Origin: Octopus vulgaris | Taxonomy: Eukaryota | Assembly: GCA_951406725.2 (NCBI GenBank) | Contig: OX597817.1 | Span: 156,240,001 to 156,304,000, forward strand | Direction: 5' to 3' | DNA: 64,000 bases | Part shown: positions 51,094 to 64,000 of the stretch, piece by piece | Layout of the letters: the number at the start of each line of letters is the position of its first letter | How positions within the stretch are numbered: the first letter of the stretch is position 1 | Notes under the pieces: model-generated | Told to the model about the DNA's origin: nothing | What the model saw: the letters and a program-made list of their open reading frames with translations, nothing else | The model's database searches: none | Translations under genes and position numbers: made by a program

Positions 51094-52311
51094 GGTGCAT
51101 ATTGGAAGCAGGCCCATTTGCCCAAACCATTTTGTTTTTCTCATCATCCTCTCAGCAAACCGATGATGACAGTTCTCCCCATTTAGTTTTCATCTACTCA
51201 CTAGCGTAGCTAGAGTGTGTGTTGCCAGGGGCGACCATTCCATCCCCCCCCCCGACCCCACGAAAACCACATATTGCCTACCACAGACCCAGAAGTGGTG
51301 TCTCTTTAAAAGTTCTGCCCGGAGTGGACTGACCCTACTACCTTATCCACACTAGTGCATCTACTCTTCAAATGGTACTTGAAAATACTGATTAGTTGGA
51401 AAATAAAAACTCTGTCTCAAATCTTTGCAGTCTAATCCACCACTACTTGTATTTCCATAGCAATTGGATGAATAACTCAATCTTCCCTTCTTTATCAAAG
51501 GAAGAGATAAAGCAGCATTTGCAATTGACTTGGTTGGCAGCAAGATGTCTCCTGTACAACATATCTTTATCATAACTCCACATGTTATCAATGTTCAGGC
51601 ACTGAGCAAGTCCTTGAAGGATAATGCACTGCAGACTTACTTAATTTGTGAGTCGGTATTATTGACTTTTGTCAGTTATGTCATCTTGCTCTTGTTGTTT
51701 TTGATAGAACTATTCGACCTTGTTAAGCAGTGGACCAGGATTGAGTGTCTGCATTCAAAACATCTCAGACAGGCTTGTTTACAGCACTGCTGGGCTTGTA
51801 GAATTTATCCCAAACTGGCAAAGACCTTTTGTAGCAATCCCAGGCCAAGAATATTTTGAAGTTGTTCATAGTCCTGAGCTGATCTTCATCAATTTTCCAG
51901 TATATTCCCTAGAATATTGTTGTCCATACTTTCTTATAATGCTCTGTAGTATGTAGGTGTTGACATGCCACTGACCGTATGGCCTAACTAATATAGGGAC
52001 TTGAGTGCCTAACAAGATCCTGGATGTCAAACTCTCAGTCTTGGTGTACTCTTGAGCCAGGCTTGCAGCTTTTCAAAAATATGAAATGCAAAAAGACATG
52101 ACTGACAAAAGCCAATTATACCTGCTCACCATCTAGGAAAGTTTGGAGACATCATCGCTTCAATACATTATTAGCTTCAGCATCTCTGAACAGAAGGTGC
52201 TTGCAGCAAAGCTTGCAGAACTTATTCTTACCACAAGAAGTGAAAATGCAGTTGTTCCAGACTATTTACTGTGAGGAAAAGCACAATAGTTAGTCAGTAA
52301 TTTATTATAGA

Positions 52312-52694
52312 CTAGCAGTATCGCCCGGCGTTGCTCAGGTTTGTAAGGGAAATAACTATAAAGCATTTTTAGAGAGTTATAGCCAAAAAATGCAAAAAAA
52401 TGGGGGAAAAATGATGGTAAATTTTTTTTGAGAGTTAAAAAAGGTGGAGTTGCGTCCCCTAGACGGTCTGTGGTTTGGGTTTCTGATTCTCGACCCCATG
52501 TCGAATTTATCGATTTTTTTCAGAACTGGGGGAACTTTTCAAAATTTTCGCTGCGTTAGTTTTGAATTATGACATTGGGCTATGTGTGTGTCAAGTTTCA
52601 TCAGAATCGGTTGAAAGCCGTGGTCAGAGTGAGGGTACGAGAAAACAGACACACAGAAAACGCACAGACAAACTGCCGTTTATATATAGAGAGA
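52312..52694 (-). mobile_element. Non-autonomous Helitron (5' type 1)
   Basis: Reverse complement of 11050-11419; TC and CTAG termini intact. Confidence 0.88.
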
Positions 52695-53330
52695 TACATT
52701 GTAGGCATTTGCTACTTATGCCCAACCTTTCAGAGATACCCTGTCAGCTCATTTATGGGTCAAACCAGCTTCCCTATTAATAAACTCATCTCAGTTTCTA
52801 TCCCCCTTGAGGACTGAACCAAACCAGAGCCCTTGTACCTAAACTGGAAATTATAGTTCAATAACAGGCACCAGCCAGCTTAGACTTGCCTCTCCAGTTA
52901 GCAAGTTGTTAAGTCCACCTACGCGTCCAGGTTAAGGTTATCCTCCTGTTGTCACTTCATATTCCATTAGTATGGTACCAACTACCATGATTTCTGAGAT
53001 GTCCAACAGTATTTTAGTTTTACAGTAAGAAGAGGTTGCTAAACCTCTTGCTCAGCCTTTCTGGTACACAAGAGAGGATCACTGAAACGTCTTAGCTGGC
53101 CCTTCTTGAAGATTATACATCAACCACTTAACTGAATACCATAAAACATTTTGCCTACCACTCTCTTGAGCCTGTTCTGAGGCTAGATAAAAAGAAATCA
53201 TTGGTTGTATAAGCCCTAGTTAATTACTGGTGCTTATTTCAACTGTCCTTGTGCAATGAAAATGGCAAAGTCAATTCCAGCAGGATTTGAGCTCAGAGGG
53301 TGAAAGCGATCATGCTAAATGTAACCAGAC

Positions 53331-53361
<31 letters not shown>

Positions 53362-53365
53362 GTAC

Positions 53366-53397
<32 letters not shown>

Positions 53398-53415
53398 GTA
53401 TGTATGTATATATGT

Positions 53416-53646
53416 ATTTCTTTACTACCCACAAGGGGCTAAACACAGAGAGGACAAACAAGGACAGACAAACGGATTAAGTCGATTACATCGACCCCAG
53501 TGCGTAACTGGTACTTAATTTATCGACCCTGAAAGGATGAAAGGCAAAGTCGACCTTGGCGGAATTTGAAACCAGAACGTAACGGCAGACGAAATACGGC
53601 TACGCATTTCGCCCAGCGTGCTAACGTTTCTGCCAGTTCGCCGCCT
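53416..53646 (-). mobile_element. SINE family C, full-length monomer
   Basis: TSD tgtatgtatatatgta. Confidence 0.9.
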
Positions 53647-54135
53647 TGTATGTATATATGTATAGACACACACACGTGTGTATAGTCATAAATTAAAAGA
53701 AAATATTCAGTAACTAAATATAATCTACAAATATTATTAGTGCTGTTGCCAAAATATATTGGTTCCTTTTATACAAATTCACAAAGAAACCAATTAAGTT
53801 GACAGTGCGAGAAAGTGGAAACTGTTAGTGTTCAGGCCTCCAGTATATTAGCCGTGTAAGTGAATTAAAATGGTTTTGTAGTCTTGGTTTGTTGGGCAGC
53901 TTTATGTGCTGGTTGCCAATATTGTCAAGTATTCTTTTAGTTTATTTATTATTGGTTCCAATCATTGGACTGTGGCCATTGTTGGCTATGAGAGCATGTA
54001 TAATTAATTAAATCATTCACCTGAGGGACAGAAATCATGATCAACCTCTTCAAGGTTATTATAGGTAGTTATAACTGTTTTGCGTAAGGCATTTTTGCCT
54101 ATTGCTCTCTTGAGTATGCTAATTTGTTTAACAGA

Positions 54136-54531
54136 GGCGCAGGAGTGGCTGTGTGGTAAGTAGCTTGCTTACCAACCACACGGTTCCGGGTTCAGTCCCA
54201 CTGCGTGGCACCTTGGGCAAGTGTCTTCTGCTATAGCCCCGGGCCGACCAATGCCTTGTGAGTGGATTTGGTAGACGGAAACTGAAAGAAGCCTGTCGTA
54301 GATATGTATATATATGTATGCGTGTGTTTGTGTGTCTGTGTTTGTCCCCCTAGCATTGCTTGACAACCGATGCTGGTGTGTTTACGTCCCCGTCACTTAG
54401 CGGTTCGGAAAAAGAGACCGATAGAATAAGTACAGGGCTTACAAAGAATAAGTCCCGGGGTCGATTTGCTCGACTAAAGGCTGTGCTCCAGCATGGCCGC
54501 AGTCAAATGACTGAAACAAGTAAAAGAGTAA
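54136..54531 (+). mobile_element. SINE family B, full length
   Basis: Matches consensus. Confidence 0.92.
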
Positions 54532-54704
54532 ATAAGGATGTATTTTCTGAAATTGATTGCTTTTGGAGGTTGGCTCCTCTGACTTGAAATGTCTTTGTAT
54601 TGTGGCAGTAAATAGTTTTGTTTTTTTTAATATGTAAGACTTGGTGAAGAAAAATATTGTTGGACTACAGTGCAAGTGAATCCAAAGATATTCTTAATCT
54701 TCTG

Positions 54705-54945
54705 TGGCTTAGTGGTTAGGGTGTCAGCATCGTGATCGTAAGATTGTGGTTTCGATACCTGGACTGGGTGGCGCTTTGTGTTCTTGAGCAAAACACTTCA
54801 TTTCACGTTGCTCCAGTCCACTCAGCTGGCAAAAATGAGTAACACTGCAATGGACTGGCGTACCATCCAGGTGGGGAATACATACGCCATTGAAACCGGG
54901 AAACTGGGCCCATGAGCCTGGTTAGGCTTTAAAAGGGCACATTTA
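54705..54945 (+). mobile_element. CORE-type SINE carrying tail type 2
   Basis: Different tRNA head, gttcttgagcaaaacacttcatttcacgttgctc CORE-like segment, tail gaaactgggcccatgagcctgg shared with 25436/26085. Confidence 0.8.
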
Positions 54946-55343
54946 TTATTTATTATTCAGTGGCGTGAGTGAGAGTGCTGAAATTATATATTCTCCTGGG
55001 TTTAATTTTTAATTACTGCTATGTATAGTTATCCCACCACCTTTTCTCATACCTTTATCTCCTCTTTCCCGACCATCAAGCATAAAGTTGCTCACCCTGC
55101 TCCTTGGGACTTTGTAAACTTGCAAGCTGCATGGTGACCTCACTAGTGCTGGTGGCATGAAAAGATCATTCAGTACACTCTGTAAAATGGTTGATGCTAG
55201 GAAAAGCATCCAGCCATAGAAACCATGCCAAAAGAGATACTGGAGCTCAATACTGTCCTTGGGACCAACTGTCCTTTCAAACTGTCCTGCCCATGACAGT
55301 ATGGAACATGGGACATTAAATGTTGATAATGATGATAGCATGA

Positions 55344-55605
55344 TCCGGCAGGGGATGGTGGTGACCCCTGCTGTACTCTTTCACCACAACTTTCTCTCAC
55401 GCTTTCTTCCTGTTTCTGTTGTACCTGTATTTCAAAGGACCGGCCTTGTCATTCTCTGTGTCACGCTGAATATCCCCGAGAACTACGTTAAGGGTACACG
55501 TGTCTGTGGAGTGCTCAGCCACTTACACGTTAATTTCACGAGCAGGCTGTTCCGTTGATTCGGATCAACTGGAACCCTCGTCGTCGTAACCGACGGAGTG
55601 CTTCC
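55344..55605 (+). mobile_element. SINE family A, 5'-truncated
   Basis: TSD gatagcatga. Confidence 0.9.
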
Positions 55606-55763
55606 GATAGCATGAGAAGAGGGACATTCTCAAGGTTGTGGAGCTTTTATATACTGAAGGTGCTGTCAATAATAAGGGGCCGATGTTTTGGTTTCAGTTC
55701 AACTGTTGAATAACTAAATTGAGTTTGAGTGGCTTACATACAAAACTAGGGGTTCTGAATGAA

Positions 55764-56196
55764 CCCTTTAGCATTTAGGTTATTCAGTTAAAAGTAATAC
55801 TTATTTATTCACATTGTGTTGAATTGGTCATGCATTTTCTTAGGGCTTCAAGGTTTTGATGATGTGGTGGTTTATTTTTAGAACAACATTGTAGGGTAGG
55901 TGTGTGAAGCCAGACCTGGTCATTTTAACCCTTTAGTGTTCTGATTATTCTATCAAACATAATGCCTATTGATTCCCATTGATTTGAATTAATCATGCAT
56001 TATCTCATATCTTCAAGAACTTGATGGTGTAATTACTTAATGTAGAATAACATTGTAGGGTAGGTGTGAGAACCTGGATCTGGTCAGTTTGAACATAAAG
56101 CAGATTAAATATTTTGGCCGGTTTAAATACTAAAGGGTTAAACATAGAACATGTAGACTATTTTGGCTGGATTTGGCCAATTTAAATGCTAAAGGG
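55764..56196. mobile_element. piggyBac-like MITE containing a nested copy of the same family (55929-56137)
   Basis: Inner copy bounded by TTAA|ccctttag...ctaaaggg|TTAA. Confidence 0.8.
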
Positions 56197-57693
56197 TTAA
56201 GTATTCAGTATGTAATCTGTGAATGTGAGAATCACTCACTGAGTGAAAGATGTTGAGAAGAGTAGGAAAGTAAATCAGCAGATATAAGGAAGAATTGGAA
56301 CTTGATTGAGGCCGTATGACCCAGTTCAAGGCACTGGCTAACTAGGTCAACAAAAAACAGCGGCAAAGTGACAGGGCTGCTGGGGTTTAGCCTGTGAGAG
56401 GCATAATTGTTAATCATTTGTTCAGTTTCAGGTCAACCCTGATCGAGCAAACCTGTCATAAAATGATGTTCCAGTCAAGACCACCCTGGATAATTATATT
56501 TAGTCTAAGATGCATTTTGTCTGAAAATGAATAAATTAATTAAATGGGATTATCACAGCTGAAATGTCTTTGCTCAATTAGAGTTGATCTGGAATCAATG
56601 ATAATTTATAGCTTTTATTGCCTAAAACCCTAGAAGTTCACCGGGTGTGACTGTTGGCCAAGATCAGTTCTCAACTAATTATCACTGAACCATGTAAATT
56701 ATCAAACTTTGCATACTCTTCCCATCCACATCTGATATAAAAGCGGTAACTTCTTTTGTTTAGCACAGGACCACTATTTGTAAGACGTTAGGGTCAGTTG
56801 GTTCAGTTAACTCCTGTAAATTACTGGGTACATTACCCAAGTGAGGTAACAGACACTAACAGAGTGAGTAAATGAACCAGTATGTAAACAACTGTTCCCT
56901 GTCAGAGTTAATTGCTTTATATTTCCCACTAATTATCTCTTGTAATTGCTGTATCCTGTTTTAGACTGTATCGAGCAGGCCGCGTTCTATCATGTCATCT
57001 TCCCTTGTTGTTTCACATCGCTTCTGTAGCCTGACACAGTTTTTTGCCCCAACATCTCACATGGACTCGACTCGCTACCACACCCTTGCATGAGCCAACA
57101 AGTAATCCTGTATGAAGTCTTTCAAACTGCTAGAGATAGCAGTCGAATCTCCATATTGCATTATCTCAAAAGGGAACGAGACATTGACTATGGATAATGT
57201 TGCCCTGGATATATTATACCTAAAAAAAAAAAATAATAAATAAAGACAGTATAATTACATTGGGAGGTGCCCCAGCATGGCCGCGGCCTTCGGGCTAAAA
57301 CATTTTTAAGGATTTAAGGATAGATGTGCCTGATCAAGGCTAACAGGCTGAACAGCAAAGACTGCCACATTTTTGCTATGCATACTTTCGATGCACTACT
57401 GTAAGCCTTTGTGGTGCAAAATTGAAAGTATAGCTTTTATTGCTAATCTACCATAGTCAAACTTAACGTCATCTACGTCACTCACCACTGAAGGAAAGCC
57501 AACAAATGTGGTGATCACTTTCCCTCCAACTAAAAAATGTTTGGCAGGTACTTAAAGCTGTCATTGTTTACGACATTTGCCTGCCCCAGTTTTCCTAACT
57601 ATTATGTAAAACAGGTTTCATACTCCTACTTCACAGCTGAGTGATTTGCTATAAAGGAAAGGCAACAGTCAACTGTAAAAATAATTACTCCAA

Positions 57694-57749
<56 letters not shown>

Positions 57750-57755
<6 letters not shown>

Positions 57756-58180
57756 TTTAAGCAGCAGAAAATTCAACAAAATCTGTTACTCTGATATTTC
57801 TCGTTGCCGTTCATCAGACAGTATTTTGCTAGATATGGAACATATATATTAATTCAATCTATACTCTTACAAACGCTACACCTTTAAAATGTATGGACTT
57901 GTTTGATTGGCCCTTTAGAAAAAACGGTCAATCTTCGAGCGATAAACAAAAAGGTCAAAAATATATGTATATATATATAAAAAAACTTATAAAATTATAA
58001 AATCCGAGGAAAAAACCGAGGAAAAAACCTATTGCCGTTAATGAAGACAGTACAAATTAATGCATAGAAATTAAACCTGTTATAAATACTGCAATACATA
58101 TTTATATTAAAATCCACATTAAAACATATTGCAGTATTTATAACAGGTTTAATTTCTATGCATTAATTTGTACTGTCTTC

Positions 58181-58182
<2 letters not shown>
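57750..58182 (-). mobile_element. Penelope-like fragment with hammerhead-like motif and terminal 56-bp inverted repeat
   Basis: Start matches 4981 and 59408; flanked by (TA)n on both sides. Confidence 0.6.
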
Positions 58183-58883
<701 letters not shown>

Positions 58884-59096
58884 ATATTCATGTTTTTTTA
58901 TAATAATTGCTGGTATCCTTATATATTACTATATTTTATATTTTATATCTTATATGTAAAGAATAATATGCTATATGTATGTATATTATTATAATTATAA
59001 TTATCAGTTTATAAATAAGTTAACATTTTAATGTCCAAAAGTTGATGAACCACCTATTGTTCTCCTCCATTTTCTTATTTGCTATATATATATATA

Positions 59097-59382
59097 TCAC
59101 CGTGACCGACCAGGCCATCAGATGTTGTTACACATCGCTAGTCACAATGCGCTTCGCATTGTTTTAGCCTTCAAATGATGCCAACCCGCTGGCTAAGCAA
59201 GCAGGCCAACAGAAGAAAGAGTGAGAGAAAGTTGTGGCGAAAGAGTACAGCAGGGATCGCCACCACCCCCTGCCAGAGCCTCGTGGAGCTTTAGGTGTTT
59301 TCGCTCAATAAACACTCACAACGCCCGGTCTGGGAATCGAAACCGCGATCCTGCTGCCCTAACCACTAGGCCATTGCGCCTC
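59097..59382 (-). mobile_element. SINE with family A head and tail type 3
   Basis: Inverted homolog of 58594-58883. Confidence 0.85.
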
Positions 59383-59498
59383 TATATATATATATATATA
59401 TATATATACTTTATTTAAAGCAGCAGAAAATTCAACAAAATCTGTTACTCTGAGTTCCCGTTGCCGTTCATCGGACAGTTTTTGCTATATATATATAT

Positions 59499-60593
59499 TG
59501 TTACGGGTTTAACTAGTGCAGTATTTCTGACCCACATAGGAATAATGGCACCATCATGTCTGGTGAAAATGTGACAGTCTTTTGTCTAATGGAGGACTAA
59601 TGGGTTTTGGAATGACCTGTGACCTTGTGCGGGTGAATTAGGGGTCGCTCTGGACACCCCTTGAATATGTCGTGAGAGAGGATGAGGGGGCAGAGAGTAT
59701 GGTAGAGCTGTCAAGAGAGGGTAATAGGCAGCAGGCGATAGAGATAGGCAGTAAGAGAAAAGGGACAGATAGAGAGGGTAATAGGCAGCAGGTGATAGAG
59801 ATAGGCAGTAAGATCAGAGAGCAGATAGAAAGGCTATAAGAGGGAGATGAGGGAGTGGAAGCGAGGACAGAGAGGAAGTGAGGTCTTGGCAGTCGTTGAG
59901 CGGTCGTCGAGGAACACAGACGGATCTTGGAGTCGCTGGCCGGTCCTCGAAGAAGACAGACGGACCTTGGATTTAGGGAGCAAGCGTTGGAATTCTTAGG
60001 AGCAAGTTGGATGCGAGAAAGCTTGGCGGCACAGAAGGGAATTAGCAGTATTGAGAGGAATGGGACACTGCCAGATTCAATTAGGAATTGAGGTATGTGT
60101 TTGTGCATTGATATGTGTCACGGTGTATTGAACAGTGAAAAGAACAGTCAAGGACTCTGTCGATGTGGTCGATAAAGGACATTGTGAAGAAGAAGAGTAA
60201 AGGACTTGTTGATTGTGATGTTTAGGAAGAGACTTTAAAGAACTGTTGTCTTGGGATGTGTATGCGTTGATCTGTTACATGATGTTGTATTATGCTTTGA
60301 GTTGTACTCTTGAAATGCTATTGTATTATGTATTGAGTAGTCACGTGCATGCTTTGATGTATCTTGATGTTGTAACAATTGTAATTGTCGTATAAACTGT
60401 TGTTTGAATATAAGCCAGTGTTGCCAGTTGTTGCCTTGCCTCTTTGGGTTGTATCTCGGGTTGTGCCTCTGTATCTCTGTGCTGTTGAGGTTGTGGCAGT
60501 ATCTATCTGTATCTCCTCTCTCCGCCTCTTTGGGTTCCGTGGCGGAACTTGTGTGAGCCGTTCGGGACGGGCGACGACGGGTGATTCCTCCGT

Positions 60594-60597
<4 letters not shown>
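59499..60597. mobile_element. Solo LTR (Gypsy-like)
   Basis: TG...CA with 8-bp inverted ends tgttacgg/ccgtaaca, ATAT on both sides within a (TA)n tract, no coding remnants seen. Confidence 0.8.
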
Positions 60598-60625
<28 letters not shown>

Positions 60626-61439
60626 GCTATCCCACTTACTACAGATACTGAAAGATGGGTACAAAATAGTAAATATAACAAAACTCTCAGTTTGATGATA
60701 TCAAAATAGTTTCAGTTCTGGTTTTTGTGAAATCTTAGGGTCATGCAATAATAGAAATAATTGAATACAAGACCAAATATATTTTGAAGTTTTTAACCAT
60801 ATTATTTCTATGTTTCAAATACAAAATGTTGAATGTTTTGCTATTCTGATTTAATAAATTATGTACCTTTAATATGCTAGGAATTGACTCGATTACCTGT
60901 ACTCCCCTCCCCTTAAAAATTTGTGTTCATCATCTTGCAAGCTGCATGTCAACCATCACTTGTGCTGATGGCACACAAAATGCACCCAGTGCACACTGTG
61001 AAGTGGTTGGCATTAGGAAGGGCATCCAGCTGTAGAAGCTATGCCGATGTAGACTCAAGCGCGATGCAGTCTTTTAGGCCTGTCAGATCTTATCAAACCA
61101 TCTAATCCATGATTAAATGGTAATGACCATGACCCATAAGTCATTGTTGCAGTTCTACCTAACCCTTTGCCTGTCCAAAGCATTTTCATAAGTTTGACCT
61201 GAATGTCTGTCTGTTTTCAGACTTTTAGCCATTGTTCCATATGTTCTCATAATATAAAGCTTTCCTTTTGTAAGTCTCAAGTTACTCTAGTGACGGGGGA
61301 AAAAGAATGGGGAATGTGTATACTATATGCTCCTTGGATGCTAGGGAAATACGTCTTGTGTATTAACTGTGATACACAGGACAAAGAAAGTGTTAAGTGA
61401 AGCTAATTTCTTGACATACTTTATGTAAATCAGTGTTGT

Positions 61440-61823
61440 GTGGAGGCGCAATGGCCCAGTGGTTAGGGCAGCGGACTCGCGGTCATAGGATCGTGGTTTC
61501 GATTCCCAGACCGGGCGTTGTGAGTGTTTATTGAGCGAAAACACCTAAAAAGTTCCACGAGGCTCCGGCAGGGGATGGTGGTGAACCCTGCTGTACTCTT
61601 TCACCACAACTTTCTCTCGCTCTTTCTTCCTGTTTTTCTTGTACCTGTATTTCAAAGGACCAGCCTTGTCACACTCTGTGTCACGCTGAATCTCCTCGAG
61701 AACTACGTTAAGGGTACACGTGTCTGTGGAGTGCTCAGCTATTTGCACGTTAATTTCACGAGCAAGCTGTTCCGTTGATCGTATCAACCAGAACCCTCAT
61801 CGTCGCAACCGACGGAGTGCTCC
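61440..61823 (+). mobile_element. SINE family A
   Basis: TSD taaatcagtgttgt. Confidence 0.92.
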
Positions 61824-62049
61824 TACTACTAAATCAGTGTTGTAATCAGTCATGCTCATTCCCTTTATTGTGGGACATGTTATCCTCTGGCGTGAATAGT
61901 GTTGCATGCTTTCCTTTTGTGAACCTTACCACAGTGGGGTTTGCAAAAGGGAAGCAAAATGATCCATCCACAGTCCTTCTTTTCCCTTCCTGTGGCTTTG
62001 TCAGGAGAAGGATTGCACTCCAAAACTGATTGTGGTAACAGAGGAACTT

Positions 62050-62190
62050 ATTGAGTATCTGGGTTGAGCTGGCTTCATTCATGCTCAATGCTGCATCTCT
62101 CACAAACGTCGACCAGACCTGGCGATTTGAGGCTAACGACCGCGTGATCTCCAACCACTCCTTATTCCAGTGGTGAACGCATCCTCAAAG
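62050..62190 (-). mobile_element. RTE-type LINE 3' fragment
   Basis: HWNKEWLEITRSLASNRQVWSTFVRDA resembles an RTE ORF C-terminus (W..LA.DR..W...VRDA). Confidence 0.55.
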
Positions 62191-63017
62191 TGGAGAACTA
62201 ATTTAAATGTTTGCAACAGAGTGGATGTCACCAAAGGTACACAAATGCAAGTGGCACTATTAACCCCTTTAACTGTGAAATTAAATTCCATGGTTATTTC
62301 AGTAATGATGTAAATATCTGCCACAAATTGGTATTTTCTACAAGTCACGTTGCCTCAATAAACTTGATATGTCTCAACGATAAAATGGTTCCAAACATGC
62401 CATTCCTCAACAAAAGATAGATTGGTATATGAAACTGTTTTCTGTAGTTAAGAGTTGTGGAATTTTGAGAGGACGTATCTGATTCCTGCAGTAAGGGAGT
62501 AATGAAATTTTGGGTGGATATACCTGATTTTTTGCAATAAAAAGCTTAAATTGATGACAGATTAAGTCTGCCAATAAAGAAGAGATGTTGTCTAACCAGG
62601 GAGATTCTTAATTTCAGTAATGGAAGTTGACTTGTAAATAGTTGCCTTCCACAAACTTAGAAAATCTTTGATCAGAAGAGAAGCAACAAAGCTGGAGATG
62701 TCTGAACATATCTGGTGTTTTATGGTGGTATTAAGTTTCTGTTGAAGGCAAAAGCACTATTGCTATGTTACCAATTTGCACCATCATTATATGCTACTTC
62801 AACAAAACTACCATCGATGCTTTTACTACCCTTTTAATACCATCTACTGTTTACTACCACCACCACAACACCACCATTAAACTATGGAATCATCACTCTT
62901 TGCTGTAGTACCATTGCAGCAGCACCATATCTTTACCTGTCTGTCTGTCTGTATCTATCTATATCTCTATCTATCTATCTATCTATTTCTATCTATCTAT
63001 ACATATACACACACACA

Positions 63018-63202
63018 CTCTTTTCTTGTTTGTTGTTCGACTGCCTTGTAAGGTTTTAGTCAAACAAATTGAACCCAGGACTTTTTTTGAGCTTAATTCT
63101 TATTCTGTCGGTCTCTTTTGCTGAACTGCTAAGTTGCCGGGACGTAAATGCATCAACACTAGTTGTCAAGTGGGGATGGGAGGGACAAATACAGACACAA
63201 AG

Positions 63203-63233
<31 letters not shown>

Positions 63234-63400
63234 TATATGCATATATACGATGGGCTTCTTTCGGTTTCCGCCTACCAGATCCACTCACAGGACTTTAGTT
63301 GGCCCAGGGCTATAGTAGAAGACACTTGCCCAATGTGCCATGTAGTGGGACTGAACCTGGAATCATAAGGTTGAAAAACGAGCTTCTTACCACAGCCATG
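63018..63400 (-). mobile_element. SINE family B, diverged
   Basis: Matches consensus with many substitutions. Confidence 0.8.
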
Positions 63401-63636
63401 CTGTATAGATGATACAATCTCAACACCACTTCTGCATGATTAACCTTTATATGTCACCACCCTTACATTGCCATCTCAACACTCTCTTTATACTATCAAC
63501 TCACTCTCATCACCTCTGTATCGTAAACTATAGGAATACAGGATTAGACATTCCTATATTCCCCATATAACACCTACGCCTCAGTTATGTCAGCTAACAT
63601 CAGTTAAAACAAACAAGCAATATAAAAATAATAATG

Positions 63637-64000
63637 TGGAAGCGCTCCGTCGGTTGCGACGATGAGGGTTCCGGTTGATCCGATCAACGGAACAGCCTGC
63701 TCGTGAAATTAACGTGTAAGGGGCTGAGCACTCCACAGACACGTGTACCCTTAACGTAGTTCTCGGGGATATTCAGCGTGACACAGAGAGTGACAAGGCC
63801 GGCCCCTTGAAATACAGGTGCAACAGAAACAGGAAGTAAGAGTGAGAGAAAGTTGTGGTGAAAGAGTACAGCAGGGATCACCACCATCCCCTGCCGGAGC
63901 CTCGTGGAGCTTTTTAGGTGTTTTCGCTCAAGAAACACTCACAACGCCCGGTCTGGGAATCGAAACCGCGATCCTACGACCGCGAGTCCGCTGCCCTAAC
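63637..64000 (-). mobile_element. SINE family A (runs off window end)
   Basis: Reverse match to consensus. Confidence 0.92.

Noticed and set aside
59638-60108. 156-aa minus ORF in solo LTR
   Set aside because: Low-complexity Leu/Ser-rich translation of a purine-skewed LTR with an internal duplication; no gag/pol motifs

Overview
AT-rich, repeat-dominated eukaryotic DNA. The SINE families and microsatellite load suggest a coleoid cephalopod, probably Octopus (inference). Most of the window is mobile-element debris: four abundant SINE-like families (here A-D), non-autonomous Helitrons, a Helentron-type HINE, Merlin-, piggyBac-, hAT- and mariner-type MITEs, a solo LTR, CR1/RTE 3' fragments, Penelope-like fragments carrying minimal hammerhead-ribozyme motifs, and a Tigger/pogo transposase fossil (about 9.5-13.9 kb) split by nested insertions. 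Almost all ORFs in the track are microsatellite or SINE artefacts. Gene evidence is limited to a probable first coding exon on + (18897-18956) behind a GA-rich promoter-like region, and a phase-consistent 3-exon, 109-aa model on - (38882-33520). I do not recognise either protein. Best leads: several families of hammerhead-like motifs, SINE head/tail shuffling, SINE concatemers, the candidate antisense small gene, and a stop-studded candidate cassette exon. Family assignments come from my reading of the sequence and recalled consensus motifs, not from database searches.
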